Origin: a bacterium
GTDB taxonomy: Bacteria; RBG-13-61-14; DATKZS01
Assembly: GCA_963674965.2 (NCBI GenBank)
Contig: CAXXFL010000006.1
Span: forward strand, 224,001 to 288,000
DNA: 64,000 nucleotides
Direction: 5' to 3'
Shown here: one piece after another, positions 47,800 through 58,296 of the stretch
How positions within the stretch are numbered: position 1 is the stretch's first letter
Layout of the letters: every line of letters starts with the position of its first letter
The notes under the pieces: generated by a model
Database searches by the model: none
What the model was told of the DNA's origin: nothing
The model's input: the letters and a program-made list of their open reading frames with translations, nothing else
Position numbers and translations under genes: made by a program

Positions 47800-49077
47800 T
47801 TAAGGCTGCGGGATCATACCCGCAGCCTTTCGCTCTCTAAATACCTGAATTAAATCAATTAAATGGAGGCGGCGGGAATCGAACCCGCAAGCCATTTGGC
47901 GATTTTCGTCTTGTAACACAAGGGATTTTAAGGGGTTTTTGGTGTGCACAGGTGCACGAGCATCGTCATGGTGCACGTATTTAGCACACCTTTTTTGTTC
48001 ACTTATGTCCCTGGACAGCTTCTCTGTCAGTTGGGATAACCTTTGATGCGAGGTTTTGGCATAGGTGTTCATCGTCAGTTCAGGAGTGCTGTGCCGGGCC
48101 AATGCCTGGGCCTCTTTAACGTTTGCGCCAGCCTCGATCACCCTGGTGATAAAGATTGATCTGAAGGAATGGAAGTCTACTTTTCCTTCCGGAGTGGACT
48201 TGGGGATATCGGCGGCCTCCAAATCCTTGTCGAGCTCACGAGCGGTATGAGAAGGGACATAAAGGAGAGGAGAGCTTGGAGGTTTGCCGAAGGATTCTTT
48301 TTCCAGTTTTTCAAACAGCCATCTCGGTATTGGCTGAATGCTTTGCTTCCGGTTCTTGGTCCAGCGAGCGTGAAGGTTGAGCCCGCAAGCGTCCGGGTTC
48401 AGGTCCTTCACCTTGAGTGAGCGTATCTCTTTGGCGCGAAGGCCAGTGCTGAGAGCTACCTCATAGAGCAAGCACCTATCTTCGGGCGCGGCTTCCAGGA
48501 GTCTTTGTATTTCTTCCGGGGTCATTGCCCGCCGGTAACTGCGAGGCCGGGTATTGTACCCGGATAAATTCTTCAGCGGGTCTTCCAACAGATAGCCTCG
48601 ATCAACTGCCCAGTTGCAAAAGGCGCACAAGGACTCGCTGTAGTTCTGAAGAGTCTTCCCACTCCGGCCTTCAGCATGGAGTTTCCTCATGGCTGATTCG
48701 ACACGTGGAAGGATTCCATCGAGGTCGGCAAGGATGCGAAGACCGAGACGTTCTTTCCACCATTCAAGATGAGCCTTCCTCATCCTGGCGTGGACCTCGC
48801 CCCAAGGCATGCCGTTTCGTCCACCTTTGGACTCACCCCAGGCCCTGTATTCATCCACGACCTCGGAGAATGGGCGCTTTCGCTCTTCATGAAATTTTTT
48901 CGGAGGAGGCCGATAACCGAGGCTTACCTGGCGATGCTCGTCCTCAAGCCGCTCGGCCATCCGCTTGGTTTCGGTCCTGTTCGTAGTGCCGGTAAAGAAC
49001 TTCCTCTTTCCCTTGGAGTCATTGTACCATGCTTGGTACTTCCCGTTCTTAAGCGGTTTTTTTCTTACCCCTGCCAT
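47800..49077 (-). CDS. Tyrosine integrase B (intact)
   Basis: TGLRAKE, TKNR, HSFR, ARHS and TY catalytic motifs; close paralogue of integrase A; ORF crosses the att core. Confidence 0.92.
   Translation of the reverse strand: MAGVRKKPLKNGKYQAWYNDSKGKRKFFTGTTNRTETKRMAERLEDEHRQVSLGYRPPPKKFHEERKRPFSEVVDEYRAWGESKGGRNGMPWGEVHARMRKAHLEWWKERLGLRILADLDGILPRVESAMRKLHAEGRSGKTLQNYSESLCAFCNWAVDRGYLLEDPLKNLSGYNTRPRSYRRAMTPEEIQRLLEAAPEDRCLLYEVALSTGLRAKEIRSLKVKDLNPDACGLNLHARWTKNRKQSIQPIPRWLFEKLEKESFGKPPSSPLLYVPSHTARELDKDLEAADIPKSTPEGKVDFHSFRSIFITRVIEAGANVKEAQALARHSTPELTMNTYAKTSHQRLSQLTEKLSRDISEQKRCAKYVHHDDARAPVHTKNPLKSLVLQDENRQMACGFDSRRLHLIDLIQVFRERKAAGMIPQP
47802..47829 (-). terminator. Terminator hairpin after the att core (island A end)
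   Basis: AAGGCTGCGGG-ATCATA-CCCGCAGCCTT perfect 11-bp stem; AAATTTTT follows on the minus strand. Confidence 0.65.
47864..47888 (-). repeat. att core (tmRNA 3'-end-like), junction of islands A and B
   Basis: TGGAGGCGGCGGGAATCGAACCCGC, identical to 23228-23252. Confidence 0.85.
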
Positions 49078-49620
49078 GATAAGCTCATTCGCTGTAAAGC
49101 CACTGATTAAGCGGCTTAGCGCTGTTTATGATTATAGCACAGATGCAGAAGATTTCAGTAAAATAATTGACCTGGAGATCCCAAAATTTGTCTATGCTGG
49201 GGATTGTAATGGTTGTGTGCGGCTTTTGTAGGTTGTTTGTATGATTTCGGATTATCAATTTTACCCATAAAAATTTTCTTTTTGCTTTCATAATCCCCAA
49301 CGGTGGTTTCTTCATGATGAGCTCAAACAAATGCATTCAATAGTTATCCGGTACTGTGGGACTTGAACCCCCACAGGAGAGGTGTGCTCATACCGATGCA
49401 AAAAGAAATTTAAGCTATTATATCAGCCACTTACAGGCAAGATAAAATATGTTAGGGAAATCACAATAACGGTAGAATGCGGGTTTGCTGCGATTTTTTT
49501 TGGTAGACTTTTGGTAGAGTACCGATCGGTACAACTGATCGAACGGTTGGTAAACAAGCACAACGAGGCTGGACGAGATCACGAAGTCTCTGGCACGGTC
49601 TGCAGCCATGCCGATGCGCA

Positions 49621-50514
49621 TCATTTTGCCTCTTTGCTCAGCGCTTCGAAGCCTGAAATAACGTCGAACAGTTCCTCATCGATCCCGCTCTGGCGCAAAC
49701 GATGGAATGTCCCGTTGAGGTCCTCCAGCAATTCGTCGATGTTTTTGTCCGCGCGTTGCATAGCCGCCAGGCGGCTCGCGTTCTCGCTGGCGAGGGATTC
49801 GGCGCACGCCCGGAAGAGTGAGACAAAAAGATATTCGCGGATGAGCGCCCGCAAGGTCGCGTTGCCGCCACCCATAACCTCGGGCAAGTTTCCCGTCGGC
49901 CAGGGGAGTTCAGCCAGTTTTAGACGCCAGGCTTCATCCAGCGGCAGCAGCCGCTTGGTTACGGGCGCATAAACCGCCCCGGATGTAGGACGGTTGTAGA
50001 AGAGATGGAGTTCGCCGACCTCGCCCCGGCTGTGACGTGTCTCGCTCTCCACGAGAATCTGCCCGACAAGCGGGGTGATGGCCTTGACGGAGTTCGGCAC
50101 GGTGAAAACGCTCAGCAGCGGCAGGCCCGCGTCCGCCATCCGCGCATGAACGCGCTCACCGACGGCCCAAATTTCGGGTTTGCCCGGCAAAGCCTCCAGC
50201 GTCTTGACCGCATAATCGGCCACCACATCATTAAACTGGCCCACCAGTCCCTGGTCTGAACCAAACACGACCGCGCCAATCGCTCCTGTAACTGTTTGTT
50301 TTTTCCGCTCCGCGATTAAGGGCGCCGAACCGCCTTCCCTGAAACATGCGCCCAACCCCAGTTCCACAATGTGATAGTAGTCGGCCAAGGCGCTCACCGA
50401 TTTTTCGTATTGTCCGATGCTCGAGGCGGCCACGACCTTCATCGTGCGGACGACGGATTGGAGATCTCCCGCGCCTTCAATCTTTCGGCGCAGACTCGCC
50501 GTGGTTTCGCTCAT
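49621..50514 (-). CDS. atpG: N-ATPase gamma subunit
   Basis: [44 protein letters not shown]. Confidence 0.92.
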   Translation of the reverse strand: MSETTASLRRKIEGAGDLQSVVRTMKVVAASSIGQYEKSVSALADYYHIVELGLGACFREGGSAPLIAERKKQTVTGAIGAVVFGSDQGLVGQFNDVVADYAVKTLEALPGKPEIWAVGERVHARMADAGLPLLSVFTVPNSVKAITPLVGQILVESETRHSRGEVGELHLFYNRPTSGAVYAPVTKRLLPLDEAWRLKLAELPWPTGNLPEVMGGGNATLRALIREYLFVSLFRACAESLASENASRLAAMQRADKNIDELLEDLNGTFHRLRQSGIDEELFDVISGFEALSKEAK

Positions 50515-52115
50515 GTCTTTCCCTCTGGTTCAGGCTTATTAGGTTTAGGTTTGACCTCCGGTTGGACTTCCTGTTTGGACTCTGGCTCAGGCTTGGGCTG
50601 GAAGCGAGCAAGCGACTTGCGAGCGAGTTGGATAATCGTTTCACGGTCATCGTCGCTCAATTTTTCGGCGGTATCCAATCGCTCGCTCACTTCGGCCGGA
50701 ATATCGGCTGCCGCCTCGCGCAAAGCCTGCTCGGCGTCCGTCATCTGTTCAAGCGGCACGCGGTCGAAGAGTTCCGCAGTCAACGCCAGCAGCACTGCTA
50801 TTTGCTCGGGCACGGACACCGGGGTGAATTCCGGCTGTTTGAGGCAAGCGCGAATTCGCCTTCCGTGCTCGATGATCTTGCGGGTGTCTTCATCCACGCG
50901 GGCTCCGAACCTGGAAAAGGTTTCGAGTTCCTCAAACTGCGCGTAACCGAGTTTGAGGTCGCCCGCGACTGCACGGTAGGCCGCGCGTTGCGCTTTACCG
51001 CCAACGCGCGAAACGGATTTTCCGACATCGACCGCGGGCAGCACGCCCAGTTCGAAGAGCGACGGCGAGAGGTAGATCTGCCCGTCCGTGATGGAAATCA
51101 AGTTGGTCGGAATATAGGCGGAAATGTCCTGCGCTTCGGTTTCGATGATGGGCAGTGCGGTAAGGGAGCCGCCGCCAAGCTCCTTGCGCAAGTGCGTCGA
51201 GCGTTCGAGCAGCCGCGAGTGGATGTAAAAGATATCGCCGGGAAACGCTTCGCGACCGGGCGGACGGCGGAGCACAAGAGAAAGTTCGCGGTAGGAGCGC
51301 GCGTGATGGGTGAGGTCGTCGTAAACAATCAGTACATCTCGGCCCGCTTCCATGAAAGACTCAGCGATGCTGGTTGCGGCGTAAGGAGCGATATAAGCGA
51401 GACCCGGCGGGTCGTTGCCCTCGGTCACGACGACGACGGTGTAATCCATTGCGCCCTTTTCCCGCAAGGTTGCCACAGCTTTTGCGACGGCGGACGCGCG
51501 TTGACCGATCGCACAATAAACGCACAGCATCTGGTGGTTGCGCTGATTGAGGATGGTGTCGATCGCAATGGCGGTCTTGCCCGTCTGGCGGTCGCCGAGA
51601 ATCAACTCGCGCTGGCCGCGCCCAACGGGAATGAGCGCATCGATGACTTTTAGGCCGGTCTGGAGAGGCGCTGTGACGGGAGCACGGTCCATGATAGGCG
51701 TGGCGGGGCGTTCAACTGGCAGACGCTTGCTGGAATCCACCGGACCGTTGCCATCAAGTGGCCGACCGAGCGGGTCGATGACGCGTCCCAGCAATCCGTC
51801 GCCCACAGCCACGTCCATGACACGGCCCGTGCGCTGAACTTCATCTCCAGCGTGGAGATGCCAGTATTCGCCGAGCAGAACGACGCCAATTTCGTCTGCG
51901 TCCACGTTGAACGCAATGCCGAGCACAGCGCCGGGAAAGGTTACCAGTTCATCATATTCAACGCCCGGGAGTCCCGACACCTTGGCAATGCCGGTGGAGA
52001 CACTGGTGATCGTACCCACCTCCCGTGGCGTCAGTTGTGGCGTGAATACTTCCCGCACTTGGCTGATTCCATCAAACGCGCTGTCGAAAACTTTCTGGAG
52101 GCTCTCAGGTTCCAT
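50511..52115 (-). CDS. atpA: N-ATPase alpha subunit
   Basis: [46 protein letters not shown]. Confidence 0.95.
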   Translation of the reverse strand: MEPESLQKVFDSAFDGISQVREVFTPQLTPREVGTITSVSTGIAKVSGLPGVEYDELVTFPGAVLGIAFNVDADEIGVVLLGEYWHLHAGDEVQRTGRVMDVAVGDGLLGRVIDPLGRPLDGNGPVDSSKRLPVERPATPIMDRAPVTAPLQTGLKVIDALIPVGRGQRELILGDRQTGKTAIAIDTILNQRNHQMLCVYCAIGQRASAVAKAVATLREKGAMDYTVVVVTEGNDPPGLAYIAPYAATSIAESFMEAGRDVLIVYDDLTHHARSYRELSLVLRRPPGREAFPGDIFYIHSRLLERSTHLRKELGGGSLTALPIIETEAQDISAYIPTNLISITDGQIYLSPSLFELGVLPAVDVGKSVSRVGGKAQRAAYRAVAGDLKLGYAQFEELETFSRFGARVDEDTRKIIEHGRRIRACLKQPEFTPVSVPEQIAVLLALTAELFDRVPLEQMTDAEQALREAAADIPAEVSERLDTAEKLSDDDRETIIQLARKSLARFQPKPEPESKQEVQPEVKPKPNKPEPEGKT

Positions 52116-52120
52116 GTTTA

Positions 52121-52939
52121 TTAGCTCTCCGTTTCGGGCTCAGGTTCTTCAGGTTTAGGCTCGGCTTTAGCTTCAGGTTTTTCCTTCTCTTTCAGAAGTT
52201 CAGCGACGCCCTTTTCCAGCGACGTCAGATAATCCGCGATGCTCCACGCCACCTTTTGTCCATTCGTGGTGAGTTCAATGCCGCTGATCAGGTCCGGCGC
52301 GGTCTCGAATCGGACGTGGATTTCAGCCGAGAAAGTTTCGTTGAGCGCGTTTTGTATCGCCGCGCGTTGTTCCGCGGGCAGATCAAACGTGCTGCGCACG
52401 AGCGCTGGGTCGGACGCTGTCTTAAGGGCCTCGGCGAGGCCTGCTTTCGCCTGGCCGTCCATCTCTCGCAAGCGGCGAGTGAATACCTCTCCCAGGCGTT
52501 CTTCCAGACTTGTCGTGGCGAGATCCGTCAGCGCCTTTCGCGCGATGGCAAACACTTCCTCCCGGGTCCGGCGACTGATGGCTTGGTTTAAGCTATGCGC
52601 GTCGTTTCTCATCGTTTCCATCCGATTGGCACTTAAGGCCTCTGCCTCCTGCCGCGCTTCGTCGAGGAGCCGCTGACGTTCGGCTTTCGCCTCGGCCGTC
52701 GCCTTGCTCAAGAGTGTGGCGCGATGCTGGTCGAACTCCTCATTTTTGTGCTTGAACTCATCACTCTCCTTTTGGGCTTCGGCCTTTTTCTGGTCGGCGT
52801 TTGCGAGTTCTGTGGCGATCCGCTTCTCCCGCTCATCGATGGCGTGAAGGATGGGTTTGAAAAGGAAGCGCTTCATCAACCACACCAGGATTAGAAAGTT
52901 GAGCGCCTGTGCTCCAACTGTGAACCAATCGATCAACAT
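52121..52939 (-). CDS. atpF: N-ATPase b subunit (long form with delta-like C-terminus)
   Basis: [18 protein letters not shown], coiled coil, DLISGIEL...WSIADYL. Confidence 0.9.
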   Translation of the reverse strand: MLIDWFTVGAQALNFLILVWLMKRFLFKPILHAIDEREKRIATELANADQKKAEAQKESDEFKHKNEEFDQHRATLLSKATAEAKAERQRLLDEARQEAEALSANRMETMRNDAHSLNQAISRRTREEVFAIARKALTDLATTSLEERLGEVFTRRLREMDGQAKAGLAEALKTASDPALVRSTFDLPAEQRAAIQNALNETFSAEIHVRFETAPDLISGIELTTNGQKVAWSIADYLTSLEKGVAELLKEKEKPEAKAEPKPEEPEPETES

Positions 52940-52943
52940 AGGT

Positions 52944-53225
52944 TTACTTTCCTGTGGCTTGGGCGATGACGTGGTTCCAAAACGGGTTGGCGAAAATGAG
53001 AATCATCGAGACCACGAAACAGTAGATGGCCGTTGACTCGATCATCGCCAGGCCCACGAACAAGGTCCGAGTTATGGTAGCGGAGGCATCAGGCTGCTGG
53101 GCCAACGAACTCAGTGCCGTTGCGACCGCCTTCCCTTCCGCCAGCGCAGGCCCCATAGTGCCAAAACCGGTGGTGATGCCGGCGATGACAATCGATGCCA
53201 CCGCGATAATAGTCATGTTATCCAT
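52944..53225 (-). CDS. atpE: N-ATPase c subunit
   Basis: PALAEG, QQP loop, ESTAIY. Confidence 0.93.
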   Translation of the reverse strand: MDNMTIIAVASIVIAGITTGFGTMGPALAEGKAVATALSSLAQQPDASATITRTLFVGLAMIESTAIYCFVVSMILIFANPFWNHVIAQATGK

Positions 53226-53285
53226 AGTATCTCCTATGATGGTTGTCTACCCAACCTTTTAAATTAGCTGAATTATTTTACAAAC

Positions 53286-54302
53286 TCAGCCTTTCGCTAT
53301 TACTCCGTTCGGGAAGTCCTCCCAAATCAAGTTTTCCTGTAAAGTGATGTAAATGATCTTCAAAAATTTGCGAGCCAGTGCGATGATGGCCTTGCCCGCG
53401 CCGCGCCTGGCCTTGATACGCTCGTAGAAGCTCGACAAATAAGGGCTGTAACGCTTGGCGATGAGGGCGCATTGGACCAGGGTAGTGCGGCCGAGTTTGT
53501 TGCCCCGCTTCGTGATCCGGCCCGAGCGGCTGGTCTCGTTCGAGTTGCTAACCCGGGGGACGATGCCGAAGTAGGAGGCCAGCTTGCCCTCGTCGGGGAA
53601 GTCCTTGACGTCAACGATCACCGACAAAAGTATGGCCGAGCCAAGGTCCCCGATACCCTTTATGCTCTTCAAATTCTTGTGACCGGGAAGCTGATTGCCC
53701 GAGTCCTTGATGGCGGCCTCAAGCTCCTTGACCCCGGCGTTCAAGCCCCGAATCTGCTCCACCAGGACGCGGACCTCGGTCTTGACCATGGGGTCGAAAG
53801 GTATCTCCTGCACCGTCTCAAGGCCCTTCTCGCTGGAAAGATATTCCTTCTTCAGGTTGATGCCGTGGGCCGAGCAGATGTTGTTGATCTTGTTCTTCAA
53901 GGCCGTGCGAAGCTTCACCAGCTTGTCCCGGCTTTGAGTGAGGCTTTTAACCTGAGCGTGTTCCTTGTTCGGCATCCTCACCTCCGGCAAAAGGCCCTTG
54001 GACAAAAACAGGGCAAGGCGTCTGGCGTCGTTGCCGTCCGTTTTGTTGACCGACTCGCTGATGACCTTGAACTGGCGAGGGTTGACAACCACGACGCGGG
54101 AAACGAGGCCGCGAACGGCGTCGTAAAAAAGGCGGACGTTGCCCGTGACCTCAACCGCGATCTCGTCGGACTCGCGAAGCGTCGAGCAAAACTTCTCCAA
54201 ATCCTCGAGACGCCAGTCCTTGAGATAGTTCCGTCCGTTCTCGGCCAGGACGCAAGAGGTGAAACAATTCCTGTGCAGATCGATTCCAATGTACCTTCCC
54301 AT
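53286..54302 (-). CDS. IS110 DEDD recombinase/transposase
   Basis: GIDLH, AVEVTG, KTDGNDA, SIKGIG, YFGIVPRVSNS, ITKRGN, IALARK. Confidence 0.93.
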   Translation of the reverse strand: MGRYIGIDLHRNCFTSCVLAENGRNYLKDWRLEDLEKFCSTLRESDEIAVEVTGNVRLFYDAVRGLVSRVVVVNPRQFKVISESVNKTDGNDARRLALFLSKGLLPEVRMPNKEHAQVKSLTQSRDKLVKLRTALKNKINNICSAHGINLKKEYLSSEKGLETVQEIPFDPMVKTEVRVLVEQIRGLNAGVKELEAAIKDSGNQLPGHKNLKSIKGIGDLGSAILLSVIVDVKDFPDEGKLASYFGIVPRVSNSNETSRSGRITKRGNKLGRTTLVQCALIAKRYSPYLSSFYERIKARRGAGKAIIALARKFLKIIYITLQENLIWEDFPNGVIAKG

Positions 54303-54314
54303 TTCCTTACTCCT

Positions 54315-54535
54315 CCCTAGAAATAAATTTGATCTAAGGTCGGAGTAGACACGCTTTGAGGGGCCGCCAAACTCCTATACAAGGTCTAGCCTTACGGTGG
54401 CGCTCCAGTCGCGGGGCTGACTAATCTCCTTTACGAGGTCATAAGCCTCACGAAAACGATCCAGCCCACGACCCGCCTACTCCAATAGATCATTCCTAAC
54501 CTAGTTGAAGTATTTACCACCTCAAAACTCTTCAT
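54315..54535 (-). ncRNA. Predicted bridge RNA of IS110 copy 1
   Basis: Nested stems GGAGTAGGC/GTCTACTCC, GTCGTGGGCTG/CAGCCCCGCGAC, GAGG/CCTC, AAGG/CCTT; carries target match AAAGGAGAT (54424-54432) and donor match ATAGGAG (54372-54378). Ends approximate. Confidence 0.7.
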
Positions 54536-54563
54536 TCATACCATCTCCTTTTTATGTCTGGGT

Positions 54564-54873
54564 TCATGCCTCAATGTTTTCCTCGGGTTCAGGCTCGGGC
54601 TTACGGACTCGCGTGGCGGCCGCGATATAAACCGCTGTCAGAATACTGAAAATGTAGGCCTGAACCATGCCGGTGAGCAGACCGAGCGCGGTCATGATGA
54701 TCGGAAAAATATAGGGCACAATTGTGAGTAGAATACCGATAATCATGGCGCCGCTCATCATGTTTCCGAACAGACGGATGGCCAGGGCCAGCGTGCGCGA
54801 AAGTTCGCTGATGATGTTAAACGGCAGCATGATGAACGTCGGCTTCACATAGGACTGGAGGTAGTCGCCCAAA
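54564..54873 (-). pseudogene. atpB: N-ATPase a subunit, 5'-truncated
   Basis: Only about 100 C-terminal residues remain (LPFNIISELSRTLALAIRLFGN...VQAYIF), directly abutting the pgm stop. Confidence 0.85.
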
Positions 54874-54886
54874 CGCATGTTTGGGT

Positions 54887-56569
54887 TCAATCATGTTTCT
54901 TCCTCAAGCCATTTCCCGGCGGCGCATCCTGCGCAAGAGCGTCGTCGACAATCGTCTGGGCTTCCGAAAGGATGCGGCGCAGATGATCCGCTCCCCGGAA
55001 GCTCTCTCCGTAAATCTTGTAGATGTTCTCGGTCCCGGACGGACGCGCCGCGAACCAGCCGTTATCGGACACCACCTTCAACCCGCCAATCGCCGCTCCG
55101 TTGCCGGGCGCGTTGGTGAGGACCGCCAGGATTTTTTCGCCCGCCAGATCGCTCTGCTTAACCTGCTGTGGTGAGAGTTTCGCCAACGTTTTCTTTTGCT
55201 CCGGAGTGGCTGGCGCCTCAACGCGGTCATAGGCTGGCTCACCGAACTCGCACGTGAGTTCGTGGTAGATTTCGCCGGGATCGCGGCCCATCCGGGCGGT
55301 AATCTCCGCAGCCAGCAAAGCCGGGATAATCCCATCTTTGTCCGTCGTCCAGACTCCGCCATCCAACCGCAGGAAGGACGCGCCCGCGCTCTCTTCGCCT
55401 CCAAAACCGAGCGAGCCGTCCAGCAAGCCATCCACAAACCACTTGAATCCGACCGGCGTCTCGTGGAGCTTCCGGCCCAACTTCGCGGTGACCCGATCAA
55501 TCATCTGGCTGCTCACCACCGTCTTGCCGACCGCCGCTTTCTGGGACCACTTCGGTCGGTGCTGGAAGAGGTAGAAAATGGTGGCGGCCAGGTAATGATT
55601 GGGCGGCATCAATCCCGCGCTGCGGGTGACGATTCCGTGACGGTCGGCGTCCGTATCGCAGGCAAAGGCGATCTCGAACCGGTCCTTCAGGCCAATTAAC
55701 CTCTGCATCGCATAGGGGGATGAAGGGTCCATGCGGATCTGACCATCCCAATCCACCGTCATGAAACGAAAGGTCGGGTCAACGGCCTCGTTGACGACTG
55801 TGAGGTTCAAACCGTAGCGCTCGGCAATCTGCCCCCAGTAATGGACCCCGGCGCCGCCGAGCGGATCAACCCCCAGGCTGATCTTCGCGCCGCGAATGGC
55901 GTCCATGTCCAGCACGTTCTCGAGATCGGCCACGTAGGCATTGAGATAGTCGTGACGGTGCGTCGTGCCCGCGCGGAGCGCTTTTTCCAGAGCCATACGT
56001 TTTACGCCCGCAAGCCCCTGCTCGATAAACTCGTTGGCCTTGGCCTCGATCCAACCAGTGACGGAGGAATCCGCCGGCCCGCCATGGGGCGGATTGTATT
56101 TGAACCCGCCGTCGGGTGGCGGATTGTGCGACGGGGTGATAACGATGCCGTCGGAGAGGCCGGTCTTGCGTCCACGGTTGTATGTGAGAATTGCGTGGGA
56201 AACGGCAGGGGTTGGGGTATATTCATCCCCCTCTGAGATCATGACTTCGACCCCGTTTGCCGCCAGCACCTCAAGCGCGCTGGCAAAAGCCGGCACGGAA
56301 AGGGCATGAGTGTCCAGGCCAAGGAACAACGGGCCGTCGATCTTTTTCTGCTCCCGGTACAGACAAATGGCCTGACTGATGGCGAGAATATGCCATTTAT
56401 TGAAAGCCTTGTCGAAGGCGGAACCGCGATGTCCCGAGGTGCCGAAGGCAACCCGTTGCGCCGGCGCTGAAGGGTCAGGCTCCTCCGTGTAATAGGCCGT
56501 GACGAGTCTGGGCACATCCACCAGCATTGATACTTCGGCCGGCTTTCCGGCAAAAGGACTTACAGTCAT
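54887..56569 (-). CDS. pgm: Phosphoglucomutase (alpha-D-glucose-1,6-bisphosphate-dependent)
   Basis: [35 protein letters not shown]. Confidence 0.95.
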   Translation of the reverse strand: MTVSPFAGKPAEVSMLVDVPRLVTAYYTEEPDPSAPAQRVAFGTSGHRGSAFDKAFNKWHILAISQAICLYREQKKIDGPLFLGLDTHALSVPAFASALEVLAANGVEVMISEGDEYTPTPAVSHAILTYNRGRKTGLSDGIVITPSHNPPPDGGFKYNPPHGGPADSSVTGWIEAKANEFIEQGLAGVKRMALEKALRAGTTHRHDYLNAYVADLENVLDMDAIRGAKISLGVDPLGGAGVHYWGQIAERYGLNLTVVNEAVDPTFRFMTVDWDGQIRMDPSSPYAMQRLIGLKDRFEIAFACDTDADRHGIVTRSAGLMPPNHYLAATIFYLFQHRPKWSQKAAVGKTVVSSQMIDRVTAKLGRKLHETPVGFKWFVDGLLDGSLGFGGEESAGASFLRLDGGVWTTDKDGIIPALLAAEITARMGRDPGEIYHELTCEFGEPAYDRVEAPATPEQKKTLAKLSPQQVKQSDLAGEKILAVLTNAPGNGAAIGGLKVVSDNGWFAARPSGTENIYKIYGESFRGADHLRRILSEAQTIVDDALAQDAPPGNGLRKKHD

Positions 56570-57702
56570 GACTCGTCCGCCAAATGTGGCGATGACCTTT
56601 GCGCCAAGGCTTCCATCAGCTTGTCGAACGGCTGGTTGAATTTCTTGACCCCTTCGTCCTCAAGCTGCTGCGTCACATGGTCGATATTGATGCCGAGTTC
56701 CGGCAGTCGTTCTAATATTCGGCGGGATTCCTCGACATCTTGCTCCAAGCGGGCCTTCGGGTCGCCGTGGTCGCGGTAAGCGTCGAGGGTTTTTACCGGG
56801 ACCGTGTTGACCGTGTCCGGTCCGATGAGGGCCTCGATGTATTTAACGTCGCTGTAGTCCGGATTTTTGGCGCCAGTGCTGGCCCAGAGAATCCGCTGTG
56901 TGCGAGCACCCTGGCCGGCAAGTTTTTTAAACCGGTCGCTCTCGAAGATTTCCTTGTAGATCTGATAGGCCATCTTCGCGCTGGCGATGGCAACCTGACC
57001 GCGCGCCTTCTTCGCTAGATCCGCCTCCTTGCCGCCTTGCGCGATAAGTTTGTCCAGCAGCGGATCCACCAGCACGTCAATGCGACTTACAAAGAAGCTG
57101 GCCACCGAGGCGACCTGCTTCACCAGCTTGCCTTGGACCACGCGCGCCTCGATGCCGGCGAGGAAAGCTTCCACCACTTGCAGATAACGTGGTAATCCAA
57201 AAAGCAACGTCACATTGACGTTGATACCTTCGCTGATAAGTTGCTGGATAACGGGCAGTCCATCGGCCGTCGCCGGGACTTTGATTAAGACATTGGGCCG
57301 GTTCAGCGCGGCCCACAACCGGCGGGCCTCCTTCATCGTACCTTCGGTGTCGTGCGCCAAGTGGGGATTGACCTCCAGGCTGACATATCCATCTTGGCCG
57401 TCAGTCCGGTCATAGAGAGGCTGAAACTCGTCGGCGGCGCTCTGCACGTCGCGCTGGCTGAGGGTTTCGTAGATTGCCTGAGCGCCTTTCCCCTTTGCCG
57501 CGATGGCCCGAATGTCCTCGTCGTATTCGTGGCTGTCCGCAATGGCCTTCTCGAAGATGGATGGATTCGAGGTCATCCCCCGCATTCCATCATCCTCGAT
57601 CAGACGCCTGAGCCCGCCGCCAGCGATCAAATCTCGTCGGATGTAGTCCAGCCAAATGGATTGGCCGAGCATTTCCACTTGTTTCAAAGGATTGCTCTTC
57701 AT
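56566..57702 (-). CDS. tal: Transaldolase
   Basis: [27 protein letters not shown] (Schiff-base Lys), [15 protein letters not shown]. Confidence 0.93.
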   Translation of the reverse strand: MKSNPLKQVEMLGQSIWLDYIRRDLIAGGGLRRLIEDDGMRGMTSNPSIFEKAIADSHEYDEDIRAIAAKGKGAQAIYETLSQRDVQSAADEFQPLYDRTDGQDGYVSLEVNPHLAHDTEGTMKEARRLWAALNRPNVLIKVPATADGLPVIQQLISEGINVNVTLLFGLPRYLQVVEAFLAGIEARVVQGKLVKQVASVASFFVSRIDVLVDPLLDKLIAQGGKEADLAKKARGQVAIASAKMAYQIYKEIFESDRFKKLAGQGARTQRILWASTGAKNPDYSDVKYIEALIGPDTVNTVPVKTLDAYRDHGDPKARLEQDVEESRRILERLPELGINIDHVTQQLEDEGVKKFNQPFDKLMEALAQRSSPHLADES

Positions 57703-57743
57703 GCTCGTGCCTCCACGCTTTCTTTCAGATTGCGTTCCCGCGG

Positions 57744-58151
57744 TTAAGCGGGGTAACTGTGCTCTCTTTTCGTTTCCGGCGGGCCTGGCTCTCGGACCCA
57801 CTCCCAGGCTTCCTCTAGTTGCGGGGTGGAAAAGAACTTTACTTCTCCTTGAATGAAATGGGAGCTGAACCGGACCCCCCACTGAAACCACTCCGGCCCG
57901 CCCACCACCGCCATTTTTTCCAGGTGGAAGCCTCCCTCCACCAGGCCGAACTTGACGTCATCTATCATCGCCTTGACCTCAAAGCCCTCGAAGTCATCCT
58001 CCGCGACGAATATGACCCGGATCCGGCCGTGGCTATGGATCACCTCTTCCAGCCGGGGGGTCAGGACCTGCTCGTAATCCTTTCCGCTCAGTCGGCCGCT
58101 AGCTTTAATCCCTAGAATATTGCCTTTGCTTTCTTTTAGAATCTCAATCAT
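57744..58151 (-). CDS. STAS/SEC14 (SpoIIAA-like) domain protein
   Basis: IKASGRLSGKDY, EKMAVVG, EAWEWV. Confidence 0.8.
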   Translation of the reverse strand: MIEILKESKGNILGIKASGRLSGKDYEQVLTPRLEEVIHSHGRIRVIFVAEDDFEGFEVKAMIDDVKFGLVEGGFHLEKMAVVGGPEWFQWGVRFSSHFIQGEVKFFSTPQLEEAWEWVREPGPPETKREHSYPA

Positions 58152-58296
58152 TGGTTGCCTCCATCTCACCCGCGCGGGGCGATCAATTCTCGGCCGGGGC
58201 CAGATTCACTCCGGCAATGATTTTGCGCCAAAAACTCCCTCATGAGTCTCCTTTAGGGACCCGGTTGGGTTGGCGCGGTCGCGGCCGAAATGCACA

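Larger units (their letters stand above)
23228..47888. mobile_element. Genomic island A (24,636 bp core-to-core) integrated at the ssrA-like att
   Basis: 25-bp direct repeats at both ends, integrase at one end, TGGACACA arm-like repeats at both ends, visibly lower GC than 1-22 kb. Confidence 0.85.
53236..54549 (-). mobile_element. IS110-family element, copy 1 (1314 bp)
   Basis: Near-identical to 60240-61553; TCTCCT on both sides (53230-53235, 54544-54549), so the exact crossover is ambiguous within these 6 bp. Confidence 0.92.

Noticed and set aside
49349-49395. Group II intron 5' domain or riboswitch at the GGTTCAAGTCCC hairpin
   Set aside because: No GUGYG start, no domain V/VI and no recognisable aptamer motifs.
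53230-53235. TCTCCT as a classical 6-bp target-site duplication
   Set aside because: It is the same in both copies and part of the donor palindrome. This fits donor-target microhomology around an IS110 core better, since IS110 does not make TSDs.
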